A stretch of 63,855 nt of DNA, the filler included, from Octopus bimaculoides (Eukaryota): NCBI RefSeq assembly GCF_001194135.2. It is 6 parts of 6 records of this genome, joined end to end, with 100 filler letters (N's around TTAATTAATTAA, not from the genome) between each part and the next. Parts side by side here need not be neighbours in the genome. Positions count along the whole stretch, not along the records: positions 1 to 27,559 come from NC_068986.1; 5 more parts are not named here. The stretch is one strand, 5' to 3'. The notes beneath the pieces were generated by a model. It did not search any database. It had not been told where the DNA came from and saw only the letters and a list, made by a program, of their open reading frames with translations. Of the stretch, positions 13,932-27,559 are shown piece by piece. The translations under genes were made by a program, and so were the position numbers. Position 1 is the first letter of the stretch. Every line of letters begins with the position of its first letter.

Positions 13932-15079
13932 GCTCAAGAACATAACACACCACCCGATCCGAGAATCGAACTTACAACCTCGCGATTGAAAGCCCGATGC
14001 TCTGACCACTGATCCACCTAATCCACCTGCTTGTTGTTCATGCACCTGCCTACGTCTTTTGTTTTTCTGTAAATTTCAACTATATATATATATATACACA
14101 CACATGATATTGTATTTCACGTTGCTCTAGCTCACTCAGCTGTAGAAATAAGTTGCAACGTAACTGATGTTAAGATGTATCGGTCTTTCTTTCCCTTGGA
14201 GACAAGAGACGGGTATGCAATAGCAACTGTTGGTCTTCCAGAAGCAACTTTGACCCAATTTGTAACCGAAGTGGGTGTGTTTAATGCATCGTTACATACG
14301 TTTCCAAATATATATGTATATATATATATATGCTTATACAGATATTTACCTAGAAACATAAATAGTTCAAAGCTGCAATTTTAAGTTGAAGTAACAAAAT
14401 GCTTTCAAATCGAGTTGATTTGAAATTTGCAACTTCTCGGGGAGAACTTGGATATGAAGACGGTGCCATAGGATGGTTTCGTAAAGTAATTTGTTTTCAA
14501 TTTGGAGTACGGCTCCATGTTGAAAAAGCGCTGGCTCTTGTTGGCTGGTAATATTACAAAACTCCAACCGAACGACGGATTGGTAGATCAGGTGAGCATC
14601 GGATAAAATGGAATGGTAGATTTGGAGAATCGTTGGAACAACAGATGAAATATCTTGCAGTAATTGTACCAAAGTTCTTTACACCCTAAGTTCAAATTGC
14701 ACCAGCGTCAGCTTTGCCTTTTATCTCCCCAAGGTCGATAAATTGAAATACTAGCCAAATACTGGTGCTGATGTAATAGCCAAAAGCACGGCAGTGCGGT
14801 TAAGTTCCCACAAAACTTATTAACAAACAACAAACACAAGAAACAAGATAGAGTGCCTTGCCTGCACACACATACACACAAACGTAGACACACACACATA
14901 CATACACACATACACATACATACATACACGTGCGTACACGCACACGCACTTACACACGCACACTATACAGTTATAGTTAAGTAGGATATTAGGCCTTAAC
15001 TACCTGTGTATGTGAAGAGTAGATCCGGCTGACACTACAGAATAGGGAAAGCGACCTCAGGAATTCATATAAACATACA

Positions 15080-15308
15080 TACTCTTTTACTCTTTACTCT
15101 TTTACTTGTTGCAGTCATTTGACTGCGGCCTTTAGTCGAGCAAATCGACCTCAGGACTTATTCATTGTAAGCCTAGTACTTATTCTATCGGTCTCTTTTT
15201 GCCGAACCGCTAAGTTACGGGGACGTAAACACACCAGCATCGGTTGTCAAGCGAAGTTGGGGGGACAAACACAGACACACAAACATATACACAGACACAC
15301 ATACATAC

Positions 15309-15368
<60 letters not shown>

Positions 15369-15530
15369 GACGGGCGTCTTTCAGTTTCCGTCTACCAAAT
15401 CAACTCACAAGGCTTTGGTCGGCCCGAGGCTATAGTAGAAGGCACTTGCCTTAGGTTCCACGCAGTGGGACTGAACCCAGAACCATGTGGTCGGTAAGCA
15501 ACCTACTTAAAACACAGCCACTCCTGCGCC
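15080..15530 (-). mobile_element. SINE family A, full length with internal (AT)n
   Basis: Complete head-to-tail match to the family consensus seen elsewhere in the window. Confidence 0.9.
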
Positions 15531-16425
15531 TATAATATATATAATATATATTTATGCGTGTATATATGCATATATAAATATAAATACATATTAAACACAC
15601 ACACATATATACATATACAAATATATATACATGCATACACAGACGCACACACATACACACATATATTTACTTGCATTCACACACACGCTGCACAGCTCAT
15701 AGGTAACAAACATATGCACACATGTAGAAACCCTTATTTAGCAAGCGTTACATAAATAGATTTATTTTGCGACCAGCGTACGTCTGTCTTTCGAATCCCA
15801 TTACTAATGGAAACTTTAGAAGAAAGTGTACGCAAACATTGACAATGGACGACATATCCGTAAAGGATATTATTTGCGGTATTTTCTTCTTCTTCTTCTT
15901 GCCACTACTATTATTATTGTTATTATTATTATGGGTGCCAACAAAAGGTTATCAATGTTGGGCAAACAAATTGCTATACTGATAGATAAATATATGACCA
16001 GATAATGAAATAATTAGACGGTCACTAACAGAAGCAAAGCTCACATACTCACATACAAGCAGGCAGGGAATATGTATGTATGTATGTATGTATGTGTGTG
16101 TGCGTGTGCGTGTGTATGTATGGTATGTATGTATGTGTGTATGTGTGTGTGGGCGAGTGTGTGAGTAATCTAATGTTGGACGAATTAAAGAGGAGTGCTC
16201 AACACATGTTGCAGAGGATATGTTTTTTTTAATGAAACCGAAACTGAGTTTGTCAGGCAACTCGAATTTCCTGGCACTGCAATCTTCACACACACACACA
16301 CATATGCGTGCGTGTGTGTGTGTGTGCGTGCGTGTGTGTATGTATATGTACGTACGTATATACTGTTCCACATTCAGTTCCTATGCGTTTTGCTTATATT
16401 TTTCACTATATGCATACACACACAT

Positions 16426-16492
<67 letters not shown>

Positions 16493-16554
16493 CACACACA
16501 TAAATGCGTATATATGTACCTACATGCATGCATACATACATACATACGTACATA

Positions 16555-17742
16555 CAGGGGTTGGACATAATAATAGAAAGACCTTAAAATTTCAAGCAAA
16601 TTTATTCTAACATAGGGTAGGACCGCCTTTGGCAGTAATTACAACTTGAATTCTACGAGGTATGGACCCGTACAAAGTTTGAATTGTTTCTTAAGGAATT
16701 TTTGTCCATTCTTCAGCTAAAACAGTCTCCAGTTCTTGTGATGATGGTAGAGCATATCGACTCCTTACTTGCTTTTCTAAAATGCACTATAAATGTTCAA
16801 TAATACTGAGATCCGGGGACTGTGGTGGCCAGATAAGATGTTCAACTTCACTAGAATGTTCCTCGTGCCATTCAGTAACAACTTTAGCTGTGTGAATTGG
16901 TACATTATCATCCTGAAAGATTGCGTTACCCTCTGGAAACAGTTCCGCAGCCATAGGATGAATTTGATCTGATAAAATACTTTAATAGTCTTGACTATTA
17001 ATCCTGTCATGAAGGGAAACCATTGGGACGGTAAATTTCTAAGATATAGCCCACCAGATCATCACAGATCCTCCTCTATGTTTAAAAGTTAGAAGAAGGC
17101 AGTCTGGGTCAAATGCTTCTTTTCGCCGTCTCCACACGTATACTCGGCCGATGGTCGGAAATAAGGTAAAGGATGACTCGTCCGAGAAAATAACATTCTT
17201 TCACTGCTCTAGGGACCAATTCTGTAGGTTTTTACTCCACTCTAAACACTTTGCAACGTTTGTTTTTGAAAGTAATGGTTTTCTGATTGCAGCTCTTCCG
17301 TAAAATTCGGCTTTGTGCAACTCCCGGCGAACAGNNNNNNNNNNNNNNNNNNNNNNNNNNNNNNNNNNNNNNNNNNNNNNNNNNNNNNNNNNNNNNNNNN
17401 NNNNNNNNNNNNNNNNNNNNNNNNNNNNNNNNNNNNNNNNNNNNNNNNNGTGGAAACTGGGTTTTCGAGGTAGTCATTAAGCTCTGCAGTAATTTTAGGA
17501 GCTGTACTTGTGATCCTTTCTAACAATTCGTATAAGAGTCCGACGGTCCCTATCTGAAAGTTTTGGTTTTCTTCTGGAGTTTTGTTTCGACGAGGAGGTT
17601 TTTCCCTCTTTCTCAATGGCTGTCATTACTTTCGAGACAGTACTTCCTGATACACCAAACATTTCGGCTGTTTCGTTACGCTAGTGCCTGCCATACGAGC
17701 ACCAACAATTTGATTTCTTTGAAAGTCCGTTAGATCTGTCAT
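16555..17742 (-). mobile_element. Tc1-family DNA transposon relic (transposase pseudogene 16607-17742)
   Basis: MTDLTDFQRNQIVGARMAGTSVT..VSKVMTAIEKEGKT..RRKPKLSDRDRRTL..ITAELNDYLENPVS; catalytic region QDDNVPIHTAK..WPPQSPDLSIIEHL; TA followed by terminus CAGGGGTTGGACATAATAAT at 16555; stops, frameshifts and a gap; second TIR not seen. Confidence 0.9.
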
Positions 17743-20065
17743 TTTAATGAATTTTAATTAACCTTTCTCTGATGATATCTGAAAAGAAACAGCAATTTTA
17801 GCAAAACATATTAAGCAACACTAATAATAAATAAAAAGAAAACATAAAAATAAACTAGCTTTTGACAGTTTTATAGATATTTCAAAATTATGATGGTATG
17901 AGGTATATAATATGTACACAAATATTTATCTATATGTTTGCTGTAACATTAAATAAAATAATTTCATTACTTGGGGCAAGGACATAAAAGAGAAAAAGTG
18001 CCGGTATATAACGGGAAGAAAATATGTATGCAGCAGCGCCTCATAGATCCCTTCGATGAAAAGTATTTGTAGTTGAGACTTTTCCTTTTTTCGCGTAATT
18101 TTGAAAGAATGAAAAATTTTCTGCGCGAAGCAACGAAACCGCCTTACCACGCCTTGTTAGTGCCCGGGGCGTTACTGGCTTGTGGGGCTGAGTTGAACAA
18201 CTGCTGTGGCGTGTAAGAACGGATCTGTTATCTGCTGGATCCACTGTGGAGATTATTCCGTTGTCCACCTGTCGAAAAGGATTGTGTGGTAGACGAGAGG
18301 GAAAGGTCTGAAGACAGAAGCCTTCTTTTATGGCCAAGCCCACAGCAACTTTTTTACGTTTCCCTTGTAAGTGAAAATGAACATGGAATGGGAAGTGGTA
18401 TATCTCAGTAAATTTGTTGAAAGATGGATGAGAGTAGCGAGCATGACCTGCATGAACGGGACTGTTCTCAGCAAAAGCCTGTAAATTGGAAACGAACACC
18501 TGGAAGAGGACGTTCTGTCTTTGTGGTTAGGGTAGTTGTGGTTTTTGTGGGAGATTTCCACGAGTAGTCCGTGGTAATCTCCCTTGATTTGGAGATTTTC
18601 TTTGTTTAAAATTTTTTTTTTGTTATTTCTTTTGTTTGCATGTTTTTTTTAATGTAATCCCACGTTGTATCGTTTGGTGCCGTCCTTCATCTTTTTGTCA
18701 AACTTTTGTGGTTTCATTTTCTTAACCCTTTGTGGTTATATCTTTTTGTCAACCTTTTGTGGTTACTAAAGAAAGTATTATTAACATGGACAATAAAAGA
18801 ATTTGCCACAAGAGAAACAACAACAAAAGAAAAAATAAATAAAATAGCAATAACATTCAACAACGGCAATGACAACATCAATAGCGACAGGCGATGCTCT
18901 ATGTAATGGCTTGATCAGCTAGATATAGCTGTTAAATCTCTCTCAAATCGTAGTCTAGTTCTAAAAAATTTGCCACTAGATAATGTGGTTGCGAGGGCGA
19001 GGTGCAGAAGGAAAAGAAAGGTCGACCATGTCTGACCTGGATTTAAATATTTACAGCAATATCAACAATACTAATAATAGTAACTACAATAATAGCGACA
19101 ACAGTAATATAGATAACTAAATTAATGGAGACAAACTGGAAGCTTAGAAACGGAAATTTAGAAATATTTAAAAGAAAACAATGAACTGACGGTAACCAGG
19201 AAAATGTGAGAAGGGTGGCGGTGGAGTAAACAGAAGGTAGGAAGTAAATGAAAAAATGATAGAAAGAAAGAGGGAGGGAGAGATGATACAAGAAAGGATG
19301 AAAGGAATAAATAGAAAAAGAAAGAAAAATATAAAGAAAAGAATAAACAAAACGAAGTAAAACTAATAAAAAGAAGTCAAAGAAGAAATGAAGGGAGGAA
19401 AAAGAGAAATAAATAAATAAATAAATAAATGATCACAGAAAGAAAGGAGGGGAGAATCTAGGAAACATGGCTGTGTGGTTAAGAGATTAGTTTTGCAAGT
19501 ATGTGGCTTCGGGTTCACTCTCACTGCGCGGCATCTTGGGCAAGTGTCTTCTACTATAACTGCAGTAATTGCGACCTCTGTTCTCATATTTAGGTCGGCG
19601 GCTGACCACGATTCGTATGGTAACTGTATGTTTGTGACTTGTGTCTCTCGTGTATCTGAAGAAGCGTTCAGATTGGTTATGCATACAACACTAGTAATGT
19701 GCATCTATGGATTGGATTTATAGTGTGACATCATGAGATGAAATAAAAAAATACTGATGTGCTCTTTATACTACGTTATAGCCCTCCTTCGACCGCATAG
19801 GCCCTTTGCCCCCTGTGATGACGCAACGATCGAGGTTTAACGTGATTGACAGTAAAAGCCAAAACATGAAAGGTCAAATTGTCGCATACTGAGAACATCC
19901 AGTCCTACTTATATGCAACTAGGAGTAAAACAAGTTAAATACATTGTTAAGAAGGACCTCTGGTGGAAGCGAAAGACCGAGAGACAAATTAAGACCTTTA
20001 GAAAAGAAGTTAGACAATTTTACTACCCACAAATATGTAAACTACACAACGAAATAACAAAATGC

Positions 20066-20301
20066 AAGGCGGCGAGCTGGCAGAAACGTTAGCACGCTGG
20101 GCGAAATGCTTAGCGGTATTTCGTCTGCTGCTACGTTCTGAGTTCAAATTCCGCCGAGGTCGACTTAGCCTTTCATCCATTCGGGGTCGATTAAATAAGT
20201 ATCAGTTACACACTGGGGTCGATGTAATCGACTTAATCCGTTTGTCTGTTCTTGTTTGTCCAGTCTATGTTTAGCCTCTTGTGGGTAATAAAGAATAAGA
20301 A
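20066..20301 (+). mobile_element. SINE family B, full length
   Basis: GGCGGCGAGCTGGCAGAAACGTTAGCACG head through AAAGAATAAGAA tail. Confidence 0.9.
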
Positions 20302-20403
20302 ATAACAAAATGCATCTTAGAAAGTGAACGTCAGGTGTCAAGCAGAGAGACATAGCAGTAGTAATCGAAGAGCTTAAACAATGAATCACAAAACCAGCTA
20401 TCA

Positions 20404-21201
20404 GCTAAGTTTTCAACAGAGTCCTGTTTCAAGAAAAAAATTGATTAGAGTGAAATGAAAAAGAGATAGCAGAGTTTTATATCCAGATGATGTAAAACCT
20501 CTACCGTCCCTCTTTAATTTCACTTCTGTCAACTTATCCCCGAAGAAGGAATTCTGTTCGAAACGTTGGAGTTCCGACTTCCCACATCAAGCTCATTGTA
20601 TTCTGCATAAAGCCCTTCTCTTCCAGCTCGAATATTTTCCGGATTACTGGGAGACGAATGATTGGGTAAAAGTGTTTGACATCTGCTAACATGTCACAGT
20701 CACTCAATATATCCTTGTACCAAAATCAGGTGTTTTCCAGTTCGGCACTTCCTGGTTTAATCTTGGTTTGTACAAAAGAAAGGATATGCTGTATAACCAA
20801 GTCCCGGATTTAAAATACCGACAAAGAAGACAGTATGATCACAGGTCTGCTTATTCAGTACATCACCAAATTGCTAACAAATAAATAAATATAATCAATA
20901 GACATGGAATGTTGATAAAGCACTGAATCAGATATATGATAAAACAAAATCCAAGTAGACTGGTATTGATCTGCGTCGGCAAAACTTATACATAGTATAA
21001 AAAGAGTACGGTGAAGTTGATGTGGGAAGTGGAAAATACAACGTTTCCAACAGAATTCCTTCTTCAGGGACAAGTCGACAGAAGTGAGATTAAAGAGTGA
21101 CAGTAGAGTTTTTGCATCATCTGGATGTAAAAACTCTGTTATCTCTCTTCCTTTCTCTCTTGTTAACTTTTCTTTGAAGAAGGGCTCTGTCCAAAATTAA
21201 G
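20404..21201. mobile_element. Penelope-like element remnant bounded by about 170-bp inverted repeats
   Basis: 20404-20575 is the reverse complement (about 80-85% by eye) of 21040-21201; arms carry CTGAAGAAGG..GAAACGTT motifs typical of Penelope pseudo-LTRs. Confidence 0.55.
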
Positions 21202-21687
21202 AATGATAGTTGATTTTGTTGCGGTTTAGGCTCCGGTCAGTATTGATAGACCACAGATTCCATCGACCCTAGTGAGTAAGTAGTACATTTCATTGACTCC
21301 GAAAGGATGAAAGGCAAAGTCGACCATGGCAGAATTTGAACTCAGGTCGTAAAGATAGACGAAATGGTGATAAGCATTTTACCTGGAGTGTTAACGATTC
21401 AGCTATCTCGCCATGTATATGTATATGTATGTGTGTGTGTATATNNNNNNNNNNNNNNNNNNNNNNNNNNNNNNNNNNNNNNNNNNNNNNNNNNNNNNNN
21501 NNNNNNNNNNNNNNNNNNNNNNNNNNNNNNNNNNNNNNNNNNNNNNNNNNNNNNNNNNNNNNNNNNNNNNNNNNNNNNNNNNNNNNNNNNNNNNNNNNNN
21601 NNNNNNNNNNNNNNNNNNNNNNNNNNNNNNNNNNNNNNNNNNNNNNNNNNNNNNNNNNNNNNNNNNNNNNNNNNNNNNNNNNNNNNN

Positions 21688-22450
21688 AGTAGCTTGCTTA
21701 CCAACCACATGGTTCCGGGTTCAGTCCCACTGCGTGGCATCTTGGGCAAGTGTCTCCTACTATAGCCTTGGGCCGACCAAAGCCTTGTGAGTGGATTTGG
21801 TAGACGGAAACTGAAAGAATCCACCCGTATATATGTATATCTATTTATGTGTGTGTTTATGTTTGTGTGTCTGTATTTGTCCCCTCCAGCATCACTTGAC
21901 AACTGATGGTGGTGTGTTAATGTCTCCGTTACTTAGCGGTTCGGCAAAAGAAACCGATAGAATAAGTACTAGGCTTCTAAAGAATAAGTCCTGGGGTCGA
22001 TTTGTTCGACTAAAGGTGGTGCTCCAGCATGGCCACAGTCAAATGACTGAAACAAGTAAAAGAGTAAAAGAGTATATATATATATGCAGGAGTAGCTGTG
22101 TGCTAAGAAGCTTGCTTTCCAGCCTCATGGTTCCGGGTTCATTCCCACTGCGTGGTACCTTCGGCAAGTGTCTTCTGCTACAGCTTCGGGCCGACCAAAG
22201 CCTTGTGAGAAGATTTGGTAGACGGAAACTGAAAGAAGCCTGTCGTATATATATATTTGTGTGTCTGTCTTTCCCCACCTACCATCGCTTGAAAATCGAT
22301 GTCAGTGTGTTTACGTCCCCGTAACTTAGCGGTTCGGAAAAAGAGACCGATAGAATAAGTACTACACTTACAAAGAATATGTCCTGGGGTCGATTTGTTT
22401 AACTAAAGGCGGTGCTCCAGCATGGCCGCAGTCAAAATGACTGAAGCACG
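21688..22450 (+). mobile_element. Two tandem SINE family A copies
   Basis: Copies at about 21688-22075 and 22085-22450, each ending GGTGCTCCAGCATGGCC(A/G)CAGTCAAATGACTGAA. Confidence 0.9.
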
Positions 22451-24384
22451 TATATATAAATATATTTATCTATATATATAGACTGCTGTTTATATTAATT
22501 ATACATACATACATATATATATATATATANNNNNNNNNNNNNNNNNNNNNNNNNNNNNNNNNNNNNNNNNNNNNNNNNNNNNNNNNNNNNNNNNNNNNNN
22601 NNNNNNNNNNNNNNNNNNNNNNNNNNNNNNNNNNNNNNNNNNNNNNNNNNNNNNNNNNNNNNNNNNNNNNNNNNNNNNNNNNNNNNNNNNNNNNNNNNNN
22701 NNNNNNNNNNNNNNNNNNNNNNNNNNNNNNNNNNNNNNNNNNNNNNNNNNNNNNNNNNNNNNNNNNNNNNNNNNNNNNNNNNNNNNNNNNNNNNNNNNNN
22801 NNNNNNNNNNNNNNNNNNNNNNNNNNNNNNNNNNNNNNNNNNNNNNNNNNNNNNNNNNNNNNNNNNNNNNNNNNNNNNNNNNNNNNNNNNNNNNNNNNNN
22901 NNNNNNNNNNNNNNNNNNNNNNNNNNNNNNNNNNNNNNNNNNNNNNNNNNNNNNNNNNNNNNNNNNNNNNNNNNNNNNNNNNNNNNNNNNNNNNNNNNNN
23001 NNNNNNNNNNNNNNNNNNNNNNNNNNNNNNNNNNNNNNNNNNNNNNNNNNNNNNNNNNNNNNNNNNNNNNNNNNNNNNNNNNNNNNNNNNNNNNNNNNNN
23101 NNNNNNNNNNNNNNNNNNNNNNNNNNNNNNNNNNNNNNNNNNNNNNNNNNNNNNNNNNNNNNNNNNNNNNNNNNNNNNNNNNNNNNNNNNNNNNNNNNNN
23201 NNNNNNNNNNNNNNNNNNNNNNNNNNNNNNNNNNNNNNNNNNNNNNNNNNNNNNNNNNNNNNNNNNNNNNNNNNNNNNNNNNNNNNNNNNNNNNNNNNNN
23301 NNNNNNNNNNNNNNNNNNNNNNNNNNNNNNNNNNNNNNNNNNNNNNNNNNNNNNNNNNNNNNNNNNNNNNNNNNNNNNNNNNNNNNNNNNNNNNNNNNNN
23401 NNNNNNNNNNNNNNNNNNNNNNNNNNNNNNNNNNNNNNNNNNNNNNNNNNNNNNNNNNNNNNNNNNNNNNNNNNNNNNNNNNNNNNGGTATTCATCAACT
23501 TGCAGACATTGTATTGTGTCAATTTATTTGTTTATTTATTTACTAAAAGGACAATAGTGACAATATACAAACACATGTGACATATTATGTCATATCAGTA
23601 ATTATAAAAATGACATATAGTGACAGAGAATGTGATAATATCTTACAGCTGTTTCAGTCTAGAGGTGACATGCCTCATTCTATNNNNNNNNNNAGGCGAA
23701 TATGTATTTTCTATACCTTGTGGTATTTCATCATGGCCGGTTATATGCACATGTGTATATACATATATATGCAAATATATATACATGTAAATATATATGT
23801 ATATACACATATGTATATATATATATATACATATATGCATATCTATATACATATATAGCAATAAGAAAATGGAAGGGATTAATAGGTGGTATTCATCAAC
23901 TTGCAGACATTGTATTGTGTCAATTTATTTGTTTATTTATTTACTAAAAGGACAATAGTGACAATATACAAACACATGTGACATATTATGTCATATCAGT
24001 AATTATAAAAATGACATATAGTGACAGAGAATGTGATAATATCTTACAGCTGTTTCAGTCTAGAGGTGACATGCCTCATTCTATCAATATCACTCCAGTA
24101 GACTGAAGTAATTAATATATGAAATAGATGTAGAGATAAATAGATGATTCTCTAGGTCTCTTCAGAGATTTTATAAAGTTGATAACGTTAAGTTAAAAAG
24201 TTAAAAATATAAAAGCCGTAAAATCCCACATATATGGATGACGTCGGTGGCGTGGAGAAGGGAGGCTAGTATGCATGGGCGACTGCTGGTCTTCCATAAA
24301 CAACCTTGCCCGGACTTGTGCCTCGGAGGGTAACTTTCTAGGCGCAATCCCATGGTCATTCGTGACCGAAGGGGATCTCTATTC

Positions 24385-24670
24385 TTTTCCTTTGTTCTTT
24401 TACTTGTTTCAGTCATTGACTGCGATCATGCTGGAGCACCGCCTTAATCGAACAGATCGAACCCAGGACTTATTAGTTGTAAGCCTAGTACTCATTCCAT
24501 CAGTCTCTTTTACCGAACCACTAAGTTACGGTGACGTAAATATACCAAAATCAGCTGTCAAGCGATGGGGTGGGGACAAACACAGACACACAAACACACA
24601 CATGCACACACACACACACACAAGGCTTAGGTCGGCCCGAGGCTATAGTAGAAGACACTTNNNNNNNNNN

Positions 24671-24717
<47 letters not shown>

Positions 24718-24890
24718 TATATATATATGACGGGCTTCTTCCAGTTTACGTCTACCAAATCTACTTACAAGGCTTTGGTCGGCGCCAGGCTATAGTAGAA
24801 GACACTTACCCAAAGTGCCACGCAATAGGACTGAACCTGGAACCATGTTGTTAGGAAACACGCTTCTAACCACACACCCACTCCTGTGCC
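24385..24890 (-). mobile_element. SINE family A copy spanning a small gap
   Basis: Family tail at 24385 through head at about 24890. Confidence 0.8.
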
Positions 24891-25583
24891 TATATATATG
24901 GGTGTGTGTCTAAATAACATATATATATATATATATATATTTACGAAAATAAATGAGTTGAATATGCAAACAACGAGAGAAACAAATGGAAAACAGGACA
25001 AGTAACATAAAGAACGACCCTTCATCAGTTGTCGGCTGCCTAACTACTCCTCATTTCGAGCAATGAACAACAATATGAGTCTTCGAAGGCGGTTGCTCCC
25101 ACAAATACTAAAATAAAATTTGGAATTTATGGAGGGTCAAAGTTGGGAACAAAAACAGGACAGTGGAGACATACAACGAAACTGAACGAAAACAAATATG
25201 GAGGGTCGTTAGACAAGATTAGTGGTAAAATAGCGAATGCTGAAGAAATATTTTCTTTGACAAGAGAACAGATAAAAGAGATAGATAGATAGGATACATC
25301 TAGCCTCTAGGACAGCCCTGAAAGAAAGGAAGAATGATCACGTAAGGAAAAGAAAGATAGACGATGGTCACGCGTGAGCAACGAGAGAGAGAGAGAGAGA
25401 GAGAGAGTAAAGAAGAAAGTGGGGTAGAGAGATAGAAAACTGTGAAGGAGAGAAAAAAGGATTTAGAGTAAGGATGAGAGAGAAACCGATAGGGGAGAGA
25501 ACAGTATAGGGTAGAGTGGCATCAAAAAGATTAAGATAAACTTACTTGGAAATGGATGCGTGCGTTGAATCAAATAATAATAT

Positions 25584-25633
<50 letters not shown>

Positions 25634-25657
25634 CAAATATACATTTATATATATATG

Positions 25658-25702
<45 letters not shown>

Positions 25703-25840
25703 GAATATATATATATGCATATATATATGCGTATATATATATATGCTTACATATACGCGTATATATATATATATGCATATATATTATTCATATTATTATT
25801 TGATTGAACGCCACGAATCCATTTCCAAGTAAGTATATAC

Positions 25841-25890
<50 letters not shown>

Positions 25891-26323
25891 GTGGGAAGAG
25901 CCATTTTAACGATGCGTCCTGCCCTAACTCCTCGAAACGCCAGTGTTATGGTGGCAGCTGATGAAGGTAATGTTCTCTATGTGGCCTGTGTGTTTTCTGT
26001 ACCCTGTTTATCATTTTGTCCATGTTTTTTTGCAACGTCATGTACCCAGATATGCATCTATATATACATGTAGATGAAGGTATGTACATACATTTACATA
26101 TATATGATTATACTCATATATTGTATATTATATATATATATATATATATAACTGTAACCTCTTTCCCAAATCAAATTGTACTTTAATTTTGAAGCTCGAA
26201 TGGTGTGACAGAGGAATGCATAAGCGCTCAGCTGCGAGCGCATTGTATCTTACAGTAGAAACAGCTGTCACCTAATGAAGTTTAGGACATAATGTTTTAT
26301 TGCCTTATCATTCTGATTTCTCA

Positions 26324-26356
<33 letters not shown>

Positions 26357-26357
26357 G

Positions 26358-26407
<50 letters not shown>

Positions 26408-26419
26408 NNNNNNNNNNAC

Positions 26420-26450
<31 letters not shown>

Positions 26451-26839
26451 CATATATAAACACACACACGCACAAACATACCCGCGTATATATATGAGCG
26501 TGTGTGAGTGAATAATTATGTACTTCTGTACATTCATGTACAATATAACTACACATTTTCACTAAATTCAAAGGCAAACTACATAGAATAAGACAATATA
26601 AATAAGAGAAATAAAAATCAGTTTTGTTTTTTGGGAGAAAAGCCATAACAAGCAGGCAGAAACGAAGACTGTATTGCGCTGCATATACCGTCCGACAAAG
26701 ACGATGACATATACATGTATGTATGCATCCATACCATATNNNNNNNNNNNNNNNNNNNNNNNNNNNNNNNNNNNNNNNNNNNNNNNNNNNNNNNNNNNNN
26801 NNNNNNNNNNNNNNNNNNNNNNNNNNNNNNNNNNNNNNN

Positions 26840-27559
26840 GAACATCTTTTGTCTTGAAACCAAGGATGGTCGTTTTCCTTCTAGTGCTGACTTTAGCCGC
26901 TCATGCTGCTCGCAGTAGTTCTCCTTTGTTATAGTTTGGTTTGAGTTTAAAAGTTCAAAGTGGACTAAACCTTTCATATCACAATAGACATAACATCTTA
27001 CGTGAGTGAAGACCTTCTTTAGCCTGGGGTGCCGATGTTTCTCCTTTCCATACTCACTGTCTTCGGCGCTTGACATTTTTATAGAGTACCCATTTTTCGT
27101 CACTAGTGACTATTCGGTCCAAAAAAGGTTCATTAGTGAGACATGACAGCAAAGAGCACACATTCACACTCTGCGGGCGATTAGACTCGGAAAGTTTGTG
27201 AGGAACCCTTTGACCCAGTTTGCTGACTTTTCCGATGGTACGCAGGTGTTGATGAATGGTAGAATGACCAAATCTAAGCTTCTCTGCTAGTTCCTCAACA
27301 GTCACGATGAGATTTTGTTCCATCAGGGTTTGCAGGACGTCCTCGTCGAGCTCCACAGATCTTCCAGGACGAGGCTCGTCTTCTAAGCTGTAGTTTCCGG
27401 CTCGGAATTTCTAGAAACACCGTTGACACTGGCTTATGCTTATTGTCTGATCCCCATATACTGCATTAATATTTCTCGCACTTTCTATTGTGTTGTTACC
27501 TTATTCAAGTTATAAAGCAAAATATGCCGAATATGCTCTTTTCTATAGATCGGAAGAGC
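26840..27559 (-). mobile_element. mariner-family transposase relic (N-terminal and central part)
   Basis: KEHIRHILLY..ARNINAVYG; ELDEDVLQTLMEQNLIVTVEELAEKL..GKVSKLGQRVPHKL (WVPHxL motif); FLDRIVTSDEKWVLYKN; GLVHFELLNSNQTIT. Confidence 0.9.

Noticed and set aside
21688-22450. Regularly recurring similar repeats that might be read as a CRISPR-like array
   Set aside because: Eukaryotic context; the units are 200-400-bp SINEs with no repeat-spacer periodicity and no cas genes
23487-24084. Exact 197-bp direct duplication (23487-23683 and 23888-24084)
   Set aside because: The first copy is bounded by gaps on both sides and is identical to the second; most likely an unmerged contig overlap
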